This document shows, piece after piece, positions 21,141 through 29,188 of a DNA stretch of 30,834 bases. The stretch covers positions 158,810-189,643 of the forward strand of contig NZ_PGGB02000001.1 of NCBI RefSeq assembly GCF_002803295.2, read 5' to 3'. The notes under the pieces are model-generated. The model was given only the letters and a program-made list of their open reading frames with translations. It did no database searches and was not told where the DNA came from. The translations under genes were made by a program, and so were the position numbers. Within the stretch, counting starts at the first letter, position 1, and each line of letters opens with the position of its first letter. Source of the DNA: Caedibacter taeniospiralis (GTDB lineage Bacteria; Pseudomonadota; Gammaproteobacteria; Francisellales; Francisellaceae).

Positions 21141-21210
21141 TCCTGCCTTCGTGGGAATGACAGCGTATCGGTGTGAGTGATAGGTGTCCGTCACACTGAC
21201 GACTCACACT
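21141..21210. repeat. Short GC-rich intergenic element: degenerate hairpin tcctgccttcgtgggaatgac followed by inverted repeat gtgtgagt...actcacac
   Basis: Inverted repeats read directly (21171-21178 / 21203-21210, with an inner agtga/tcact alternative). Resembles REP-like intergenic hairpins of the ...cgcgggaatgac type that I recall from Legionellales genomes. That recollection is unverified. Confidence 0.35.
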
Positions 21211-21323
21211 TGGTGATCGGAGGAAACATAGTCACCGCTCTTGTTTTATATAAGTTGCCCAACGTCGCTCGTGTTTTAATGAGGTGACCCTAGGTGGGTT
21301 AGTGCTTTCAAACCGTAAATAAT

Positions 21324-23924
21324 TTAAACGAGCTGTTTTTCAAGCTTATCCAGCGTCATTTTCAGATCATACAGTATGGTCATTGCCTCAATTGGGGTGA
21401 GCTGATTTGGATCAAGTGCTTTAAGTTTTTCAATCAGAGACTGATAATGACCTGTGTCATTATGATCATCACTTACGGCAGTAAAATCCAGGCTTTGTTG
21501 AATCGGCGCATAAGGATCACTATCACGTGCCTCTAAACGTTTTAAAATCTTTTTAGCATTGCTTAAGACATCTTGTGGCACGCCTGCAAGTTTTGCTACC
21601 TGGATGCCATAACTTTTTGCAGCAGCGCCTGGTTTGGCATGATGCAAGAAGATGATATTATCTTTATGTTCAGTGGCTTCAAAGTGGATGTTTTCAAGAT
21701 TTGAATATTGCGCAGCAAGATGTGTCAGCTCAAAATAATGCGTCGCAAATAAGGTATAGGCTTCAATCTTCAAAAGCTTTTCCGCGCACGCCATAGCAAG
21801 GGCTAAGCCATCAAAGGTGCTCGTTCCTCTGCCGATTTCATCCATAAGCACCAGGCTCTTAGCGGTGGCATGTCGCAAAATATGCGCGCACTCGGTCATT
21901 TCCACCATAAAGGTTGAGCGACCTGAGCTTATATCATCAGAGGCGCCGATGCGCGTATAAATGGCGTCAACCTCGCCGATTAGGGCTTCTTTGGCAGGAA
22001 CAAATGAACCGATATGGGTGAGAAAAACAATGTGGGCAATTTGACGCATATACGTTGATTTTCCGCCCATATTGGGACCGGTAATAATTTGTAGATGCTT
22101 GCTATCATTAAGTACGCTATCGTTGGCGATAAAGGGTTGTTTGGACAGCGCTTCAATCACTAAATGGCGACCTTGATCAATATGGATGACTTTATCTTTG
22201 GTAAGTCTGGGGCAATGTAGTTTCAAGGTGATGGCGCGTTCAGCCAAATTAGTCAGCACGTCGATTTCGGCGATCGCTTTCGCGGTTTGTTGCAGTTGGG
22301 TATAAAAGCTTAAAATCTTTTCCAGAATTTTTTGATATAGATCTTTTTCATAGGCTAATGCCTTTTCGGCACTGCTTAGGATTTTATCTTCAAAGGATTT
22401 TAACTCTGGCGTGATATAACGTTCGGCATTTTTAAGTGTCTGGCGACGCGCGTAATCCACAGGCAGCTCAAACGTATGAGCTTTCGAGATTTCAATATAA
22501 AATCCATGGACTTTGTTGTAGTTCACTTTAAGGCTGTTAATGCCTGTTCTTTGGCGCTCCTGCTGTTCAAGTCTGATCAGATAATCTCCCGCGTTTTGGC
22601 TAATGTTTCTAAGCTCATCAAGTGCTTGATCAAAGCCTTCCTTGATCACCCCGCCATCTCGAATGGTAATCGGAGGTTCATCAACTATTGCAACGGATAA
22701 TAAATCGACAATTTCAGGCAAGAGACTCAAGTGATGTGCATGTTGTCGAAGTTGTTCATTTTGCTGTCTTGTTTCAACAACGTTTTTCAAGTGAGGTAAG
22801 AGCTGTAACGTCTGACGTAATGCGATCAGATCCTTAGGCTTAGCGCTATTAAGCGCAATGCGTGAGGCAATGCGCTCAATATCCTGAGTTTGTTTTAAAT
22901 GATGCTGGATCTCAGTGATGGCAGATTGTGCCATTAAATCGCGTATTGCATCCTGGCGCATGCGCAATAAAGCATGATCCTTAATCGGTGATTTAAACCA
23001 CTGTTTCAATAAGCGGTGCCCTAGTGCACTTTGACATTGATTCAGTATGGCAAAAAGCGTATGGTTTTGTTTGCCTGCAAGGCTTGTCTCAATCTCAAGG
23101 TTTTTTCGACTGGCTGCATCGATACTTAGTAGAGATTCAACTGCTTCAATGGAAATATTATGTAAGTGCCTGAGTGTTGCTTTTTGTGTATTCTCCAAAT
23201 AGGTTAATAAGGCACCTGCGGCAGATAATGCCAATGGTTTTTTGTTCAGCTCATCATTTAGTACGCCACAGCCAAAGTAGTGCTGGATTAATTTTTTGGC
23301 ACTCATCAGCTGAAATTCCCATTCAGGACGCTGTTGAATTGTAATACTTTCATGGCTTAGGCTTGATTTAATATCGCTGTCCTTTGTGTCACAAACGATC
23401 AATTCTTTGGCTTTCAAACGATGGATCTGATCGATAAGTGTATTGTCTTGTCGGTTCAGTTCCAGTACGCGAAGCTCACCTTGGGTAAACTCCAGGTAGG
23501 CAATGCCAACGCGTGTTTTACTTTCAAAGACGGACATTAAAATGTTGCTGTCATGACTGTCAGTAAAGTTCTCTTCGGTGACGGTTGCAGGGGTGATGAC
23601 TCTCACGACTTCGCGCGCCACCGGACCTTTATTATCCACATCACCTACTTGCTCACAGATCGCGACACTTAATCCTTGCCTGACTAAGCGTGATAAATAG
23701 TTCTCCGCAGCGTGATAGGGAACCCCTGCCATGGCAATGGGTTCTCCATTAGATTTCCCCCGACTTGTCAGACTGATATCCAGGAGTTTTGCCGCTTGGT
23801 GTGCGTCGTCATAAAAGAGTTCATAAAAATCCCCCATGCGATAAAACAAAAGCGTATCAGGATAGTCAGCTTTAATGTTTAAATATTGTTGCATCATTGG
23901 GGTGTGGGAGACAGCTGTAGACAT
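21324..23924 (-). CDS. mutS: DNA mismatch repair protein MutS
   Basis: 866 aa with N-terminal TPMMQQY...K and GDFYE.F motifs, Walker [10 protein letters not shown], and DE.GRGTST. Confidence 0.97.
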   Translation of the reverse strand: MSTAVSHTPMMQQYLNIKADYPDTLLFYRMGDFYELFYDDAHQAAKLLDISLTSRGKSNGEPIAMAGVPYHAAENYLSRLVRQGLSVAICEQVGDVDNKGPVAREVVRVITPATVTEENFTDSHDSNILMSVFESKTRVGIAYLEFTQGELRVLELNRQDNTLIDQIHRLKAKELIVCDTKDSDIKSSLSHESITIQQRPEWEFQLMSAKKLIQHYFGCGVLNDELNKKPLALSAAGALLTYLENTQKATLRHLHNISIEAVESLLSIDAASRKNLEIETSLAGKQNHTLFAILNQCQSALGHRLLKQWFKSPIKDHALLRMRQDAIRDLMAQSAITEIQHHLKQTQDIERIASRIALNSAKPKDLIALRQTLQLLPHLKNVVETRQQNEQLRQHAHHLSLLPEIVDLLSVAIVDEPPITIRDGGVIKEGFDQALDELRNISQNAGDYLIRLEQQERQRTGINSLKVNYNKVHGFYIEISKAHTFELPVDYARRQTLKNAERYITPELKSFEDKILSSAEKALAYEKDLYQKILEKILSFYTQLQQTAKAIAEIDVLTNLAERAITLKLHCPRLTKDKVIHIDQGRHLVIEALSKQPFIANDSVLNDSKHLQIITGPNMGGKSTYMRQIAHIVFLTHIGSFVPAKEALIGEVDAIYTRIGASDDISSGRSTFMVEMTECAHILRHATAKSLVLMDEIGRGTSTFDGLALAMACAEKLLKIEAYTLFATHYFELTHLAAQYSNLENIHFEATEHKDNIIFLHHAKPGAAAKSYGIQVAKLAGVPQDVLSNAKKILKRLEARDSDPYAPIQQSLDFTAVSDDHNDTGHYQSLIEKLKALDPNQLTPIEAMTILYDLKMTLDKLEKQLV

Positions 23925-24092
23925 GTGAGCATTCAGATTGGCAATTGTAAGTGCTCACCATTGTACACGATCAATGAACAAGTTTTAAGAGGAGTTCTTG
24001 AGCTTTGAGAGCCGTGGGCTTTGCGTGCAGCAGGGGGCATGTGAAGCGGACGGGGTGATCTTCACAATAATAGAGTGTGTAACTCCAGTAAA

Positions 24093-25379
24093 TTAAGGAA
24101 GACTTCTTTTCGCTTCGCCAGTATACAACTGGCGTGGACGACCAATTTTCATTTGAGGATCATTGTACATTTCAAGATATTGAGTGATCCAGCCTGAAGT
24201 ACGGGCTAGAGCGAAGATAGGTGTGTACATGTAGGTTGGAACGTTTAGCGCCTTTAAGACAATTCCAGAGTAGAAGTCAACATTAGGGAAAAGCTTTCTC
24301 TCAATAAAATACTGATCGTTCAAAGCGATTTGTTCAAGTTTTTTGGCGATGTGAAGCAGTGGATTATTGCTGTCGCCCATTTGATTCAAAATACTTTCAC
24401 AAGCTTTTTTCATCGCGGTAGCACGTGGATCGGTGTTTTTGTACACGCGATGCCCAAAGCCCATGAGTCTAAATGGATCATCTTTGTCTTTGGCGCGGGA
24501 GATGAACGTATCGATATTGCGAACATCACCAATTTGCTCAAGCATTTTCACAACTGCTTCATTGGCGCCCCCGTGTGCAGCCCCCCATAGAGCTGCAATG
24601 CCTGCAACCATAGCCGCATAGGGATCTGTGCCAGTGGACCCGGCTAATCGCACGGTAGATGTGGAGGCATTTTGCTCGTGATCAGCATGCAGGATGAAAA
24701 TGGTATCCATGGCGCGTGCAGCAAGTGGATCAGGTTGATAATTTTCACTGTCTGCAAACATCATGTACAAGAAGTTTTCAGCATAGGATAACGACTTTTT
24801 AGGTGCTACAAATGGTAGACCGTTGTGGTGGCGGTAGGTCATGGCAACCAAAGTCGGGATGCGTGCAATAATCTTCTCTGCCATCCTGATTTGTTGGACA
24901 GAATCTTTCTTATTCTTCATTGTTTTGTGATTTTCACCAGACATGACGCTTACTGCTGCCATCAATGGCGCCATTGGGTGTGTCTCCTGTGGGAAGGCCT
25001 GGATCACTTCCTCAATATGAGGACAAGCAGGCATCAGCCCAAGAATGGTATTGTTAAAACTTTCGATTTCCTCACTGTCAGGAAGTTTGTCATTTAACAA
25101 TGCGTAGCACAGATTCATATAATCGGATTTCCCCACCCACTCTTCAATCGGATAACCACGGTGCAATAGCACGCCTTGCTCACCATCGATGTAGGTGATT
25201 TTTGACCAGCAGGCCGCGGTTGATAGAAACCCGGGGTCATATGTGAATAGACCTTCTTTAACTAAAGACGATACATCAACGGTTTGTTGACCAAGTACTG
25301 GGGTGTGGATGGGGAGTTCCAGGGATAAATTTTTATGTGGAATGCTTAAAATTGCGGCTTTTGGCATATGAATCTCCAT
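24093..25379 (-). CDS. gltA: Type II citrate synthase
   Basis: 428 aa with conserved motifs HADHEQNAST and GFGHRVYK..DPR. The start may be the Met at 25367. Confidence 0.95.
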   Translation of the reverse strand: MEIHMPKAAILSIPHKNLSLELPIHTPVLGQQTVDVSSLVKEGLFTYDPGFLSTAACWSKITYIDGEQGVLLHRGYPIEEWVGKSDYMNLCYALLNDKLPDSEEIESFNNTILGLMPACPHIEEVIQAFPQETHPMAPLMAAVSVMSGENHKTMKNKKDSVQQIRMAEKIIARIPTLVAMTYRHHNGLPFVAPKKSLSYAENFLYMMFADSENYQPDPLAARAMDTIFILHADHEQNASTSTVRLAGSTGTDPYAAMVAGIAALWGAAHGGANEAVVKMLEQIGDVRNIDTFISRAKDKDDPFRLMGFGHRVYKNTDPRATAMKKACESILNQMGDSNNPLLHIAKKLEQIALNDQYFIERKLFPNVDFYSGIVLKALNVPTYMYTPIFALARTSGWITQYLEMYNDPQMKIGRPRQLYTGEAKRSLP

Positions 25380-25593
25380 GTTTTGTGAGTCCCTGCTTAA
25401 CTTGGTGCCATTAAGGCTTAAAGCGTATTTGGTCTATGCAGGTAAGTGAATTTATGGGCATATTTAAGCTTATATACCCAGGGTTGTCAAACAAAGACAG
25501 CCGAAGAGTTATGAAGTGTTAGATGACTTTTTAATGTGTTGATTTAAGTAGTGCAATAGTGTCAATAAAGCGGTTGCACGGATATAACTCATT

Positions 25594-25635
25594 AATAAAA
25601 GCGTATGATTCCAGAATAAAAGCGTATGATTCCAG
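25594..25635. repeat. Perfect 2 x 21-bp tandem direct repeat (aataaaagcgtatgattccag)
   Basis: Read directly: 25594-25614 equals 25615-25635. Intergenic, downstream of the rpoS stop and about 215-255 nt upstream of the gltA start. Confidence 0.9.
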
Positions 25636-25699
25636 TAAATAACTGGGTAAAGTATTTTGGGGTTAGCTATACAGCGCATGTAAGGGTGGGTAAGCGCTG

Positions 25700-26731
25700 C
25701 TATTTCGAAAATAAATTGGCGTCGATGTCATTCGCTGCAGCGATGACCTTAAGGCGGCGCAGAGCGTCAACCTGGATCTGACGAACACGTTCGCGAGTTA
25801 AACCAATTTGGACCCCTGTTTCCTCTAAGGTCAGAATGTCATGACCCCGTAATCCAAAACGCATAGATAGCACTGAGCGTTGGTTATCACTTAACTCATC
25901 AAGCCAGCGATCAATAAACTGAGCAGCCTTTTGATGCAAGTGAATCTCCTCGGGGTCGCCTGTTTGCTCATCAGCAATGGTTTCTATCATACTGCGGTTA
26001 GAATCATCATAAGCATCATCCAAAGAGTCCATGGGAACCGTGGCATTTAAAATTTTACGAATATCTTCAACAGGGCGGTCGATAAACTCAGCAATTTCTT
26101 CAGGTGACGGTTCATGATTGAGCAGTTTTGTTAGCTCTGTTGCCGCGCGTAGATAAACATTTAGTTCTTTCAATATATGCACGGGGACACGGATAGTGCG
26201 CTGATGATTTAATAATGCGCGCTCAATGTTTTGTCGTATCCACCAGGTGGCATAAGTTGAGAATCGCCAGCCAAGCTCAGGATCAAACTTTTCGACTGCG
26301 CGGATAAGTCCAAGGTTACCTTCAGCTATTAAATCCAGAAAGCTTAAGCTGTTACCTCGAGGTTTATAGCGTTTGGCAATTTTGACAACCAGGCGGAGGT
26401 TGCTTTCTATCATGATATTTTTAGCCTTAGCATCACCTTTTTGCACAAGTTTTGCATAGTAGATCTCTTCATCTTTTGTCAATAAGGGTCTAAAGCCAAT
26501 GTCAAAAAGATACATCCGGGTGGCATCATTATCAACAAGTGAGAAATCCTGGCTATCAGCATCCTGAGTGATAAAAGCAGTGCTGTCATCCTCTGTGGTG
26601 GCATCCAGGTTATTTTCGTCATCACAAACGAAGTCATTGTCCTCTTCAGCTTCGGTATACTTATCTTCAAGTGTTTCTGCAATGATGTGTGGCTTTTTTT
26701 CGGGCTTGCCATGGCTGATTGGTTGTAACAT
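25700..26731 (-). CDS. rpoS: Stationary-phase sigma factor RpoS
   Basis: 343 aa, sigma-70 family, with an acidic N-terminal extension. Region 2 reads RLVV.IAKRY......[30 protein letters not shown]. Region 4 reads EETG...[10 protein letters not shown]. Size and region 1.2-2 sequence fit RpoS rather than RpoD. Confidence 0.88.
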   Translation of the reverse strand: MLQPISHGKPEKKPHIIAETLEDKYTEAEEDNDFVCDDENNLDATTEDDSTAFITQDADSQDFSLVDNDATRMYLFDIGFRPLLTKDEEIYYAKLVQKGDAKAKNIMIESNLRLVVKIAKRYKPRGNSLSFLDLIAEGNLGLIRAVEKFDPELGWRFSTYATWWIRQNIERALLNHQRTIRVPVHILKELNVYLRAATELTKLLNHEPSPEEIAEFIDRPVEDIRKILNATVPMDSLDDAYDDSNRSMIETIADEQTGDPEEIHLHQKAAQFIDRWLDELSDNQRSVLSMRFGLRGHDILTLEETGVQIGLTRERVRQIQVDALRRLKVIAAANDIDANLFSK

Positions 26732-27108
26732 GTCTTGTCTCCTTGTGTTTGCTCCTAAAGCATTTAAGTTTAAAGGGCAATGTGAGTGGCTTGCGCTGAT
26801 ATGATTGTTTTGGCGCTACCGTTATTCACATTGTGCTTGTCCTGTATTATTGCAGTAACCGTTAACAACCGAAATAGCTAAAGTGATGATTTTGCTGTGG
26901 GTGATGTCACTGATTATTATCAGATGTTCTTGTAGCTGGTTTGGGGAATTATCCTAGCTTAAGTGGAGGTATGATGACAAGCATGATAGTCAAATTCCGT
27001 ATTTCCAGGATTAACCATAGTCGCCATGGTTAATTTGTATTCATGTGTGATTTGCAATAGACTATGCGAGATTTACTATAACCCGAAATTAGCCCTTAGC
27101 GTGAAATT

Positions 27109-28575
27109 ATGGAAACGACGAATTACTTTAGCTTTCTTAATAACAGGCTGTCGATTCAAAAATTTTTGAGTATTTGTCTTATTTTGTTGATTAGCTGCTC
27201 AATTTTCATTTTAGGTGTTTTTAACTATTACCAGATGCGCCAACAGAATGAGGATCTGTTCAGAATGCAGATGATCAATAGCGCCAATGCGATCGATGCT
27301 TTATTGTCTGCAGCACTAAAAGATAACTCAAAACGTCAGCTTGGCGATCTTTTAGAGTCAAACTCATTGGCGATGCTAGAGAATATCGCGGGAAATTTAA
27401 AGCCAAAGGTAGCACAGTTTGACAATGTTTATAAAGATTCGTTCGCGTTTCAAGTCTATGACCGACGCAGTGGTGATTTGATTTTACATTCGACAGGATC
27501 TCCGAATGTATCGACTTTCCAAAAAGGTGAATCAGACAGTTTTCAAACGGCGAAACTGAAAACCTCACAGGGTACGCAGCTATGGAATATGTTTGGCACC
27601 AATAGTCGTTACCAGCCCTATCGCATTGTTGTTTTGGTGAGCTCGGACTTTAAGCATCAAATGTTTTTAAATCTTTTTCGTAGTGCGTTATGGGATTTGG
27701 TCACTCTGTACATATTCCTGCTGTTTTCAGTTTTTATTGTTGTGCGCCTGGCCCTAAGACCACTATCAGACTATTAGGCGCGCGATTGCGGTTAAGGACC
27801 CAAGAAAGTTGGAGCCGATCGCAATTAAAACTGCGCCACCTGAGGTAATTCCGTTATTAAATCAGTTGAATATTTTATTTCAGAAATTCAGCAAAGTGCT
27901 TGAGCGTGAAAAACGTTTCGCAGGGGATGCTGCGCATGAGTTGAAAACGCCGCTTGCGGCATTAAAAATGCAGGCTGAAGTTGCGTTGAATCTCAATGAC
28001 ATGGATGAGATTAAAAAGAGGATCTCAAATATTATTGCTGGTGCTGATCGGTATTTCTATATCATTGATCAGTTGTTAATATTAAGTCGCTTGGAGCCTG
28101 AGCAGAGTTTACAAGATAAAACGTGTGTCAATTTAAACTTGATTGCAGAAAACCAATTGGCTGATTTGCGCTTTTGGCTCTGGCAAAAGGAATTGATCTG
28201 CAATTTATGCCAAGTAAGCTCATGGCAAAGGTTTATGCCAGTGAGACTTTAATGAATATATTGTTTAGAAATCTTATTGATAATGCCATACGTTACACAC
28301 GCGAAAATGGTCAGGTGATTTTATATAGTTATGTCACTAAAACAGATGTGCTATTTGAAGTGGTTGATAATGGAATTGGAATTGAAGTTGATAAGCAGAA
28401 AAGGATTTTTGATCGTTTTTATCGCGAGGCAGGTACTGGGCAGGTGGGTAGTGGACTTGGGCTTTCCATTGTGAAAGAAATTGTCAGGTTGCACGATGGC
28501 TTTGTTGATGCCAGAACCTCGGAGGGTGGGCAGGGATTGACCATCGATCTTAGGTTTCCGCTAATGAAGTCCTAA
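27109..28575 (+). pseudogene. Sensor histidine kinase (QseC/PmrB-type architecture) disrupted by two frameshifts; no adjacent response regulator
   Basis: Three track ORFs (27109..27777, 27809..28252, 28174..28575) together make one kinase. It has TM1, a periplasmic domain, TM2 and HAMP, an H-box (FAGDAAHELKTPLAAL, His codon 27935-27937), an N-box (LIDNAIRYT), G1 (VVDNGIGI) and G2 (GSGLGLSIV). The frame goes 1 to 2 near 27772 and 2 back to 1 near 28163-28168. Confidence 0.85.
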
Positions 28576-28624
28576 TTTTTAAAATCGGGGTTGAGCTCAG
28601 TGTCAGTAGGATTAAGCTCAGGAA

Positions 28625-29170
28625 CTATTTCCTTCTTACGTGACTATTATGGATATATATCGTAATGGTATTTGAGGAGAAGGGTTCATCGCTTGCAGTG
28701 GTTCCATGCAGGCTTATTTTGTTTTCCCCAGGAGGCGGGCGGGGAATGTTCCATGTATCGTTTTGATAAACGGCATTGGCTGCTTTATCATTTGCAAAGA
28801 CCATAACCTTTGCTTTCGGGGATAAGGCAGGTGACGTTGTAATAGGAATTAGGGGGTTAAACGTATGAATGTGCGTATTGTTCGCTGGTGAGGTGATTGT
28901 ATTTGCAAGTGTTTTGGGCGGGACTTGAGTTTTTTTTGCTGTATCTGATGTGTTGGTATGCTTGATTAGGGTTTGAGCTTTCGGTGAGCTCTCAACCTTC
29001 TTACTGGGTGTTTGGGTGATGACGTTCATGGTTTCTGTGGAGGTGATTGTCTCATGCCTACCATCCGCTGGGGGGATGTTAGAGATGATGATGTTCCCTT
29101 CCTGAGTGCACTGAAAGCTGTGCGAAACTAGTGGGTTAAAATCCCACCGATGCAATTTCAGATTCGGCAT
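28625..29170 (-). CDS. Hypothetical protein, Thr/Ser/Pro/Lys/Asn-rich central region, no recognisable domain
   Basis: This 181-codon ORF is the only long ORF in its interval. It has no signal peptide or TM segment, and I recognise no family. The start codon lies 18 nt from the putative intron 5' end, so its native promoter or N-terminus may be missing. Confidence 0.35.
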   Translation of the reverse strand: MPNLKLHRWDFNPLVSHSFQCTQEGNIIISNIPPADGRHETITSTETMNVITQTPSKKVESSPKAQTLIKHTNTSDTAKKTQVPPKTLANTITSPANNTHIHTFNPLIPITTSPALSPKAKVMVFANDKAANAVYQNDTWNIPRPPPGENKISLHGTTASDEPFSSNTITIYIHNSHVRRK

Positions 29171-29188
29171 CGTAGCTATGGCAAGAAT

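Noticed and set aside
25660-25699. Inverted repeat cagcgc-N16-gcgctg just after the rpoS stop, considered as a terminator
   Set aside because: Short stem, large loop and no U-tract. It is noted only as a possibility.
28576-28624. Inverted repeat tgagct...agctca between the convergent kinase gene and the orphan ORF, considered as a bidirectional terminator
   Set aside because: It has a 6-bp stem, a 17-nt loop and no T-tract on either side, which is too weak to call.
29131-29147. Hairpin gtggg-ttaaaat-cccac as a terminator-type target for a class C group II intron
   Set aside because: It lies about 40 nt from the putative insertion point, has no T-run, and has only a 5-bp stem. The intron-encoded protein N-terminus and the roughly 475-nt pre-ORF ribozyme do not clearly indicate class C either.
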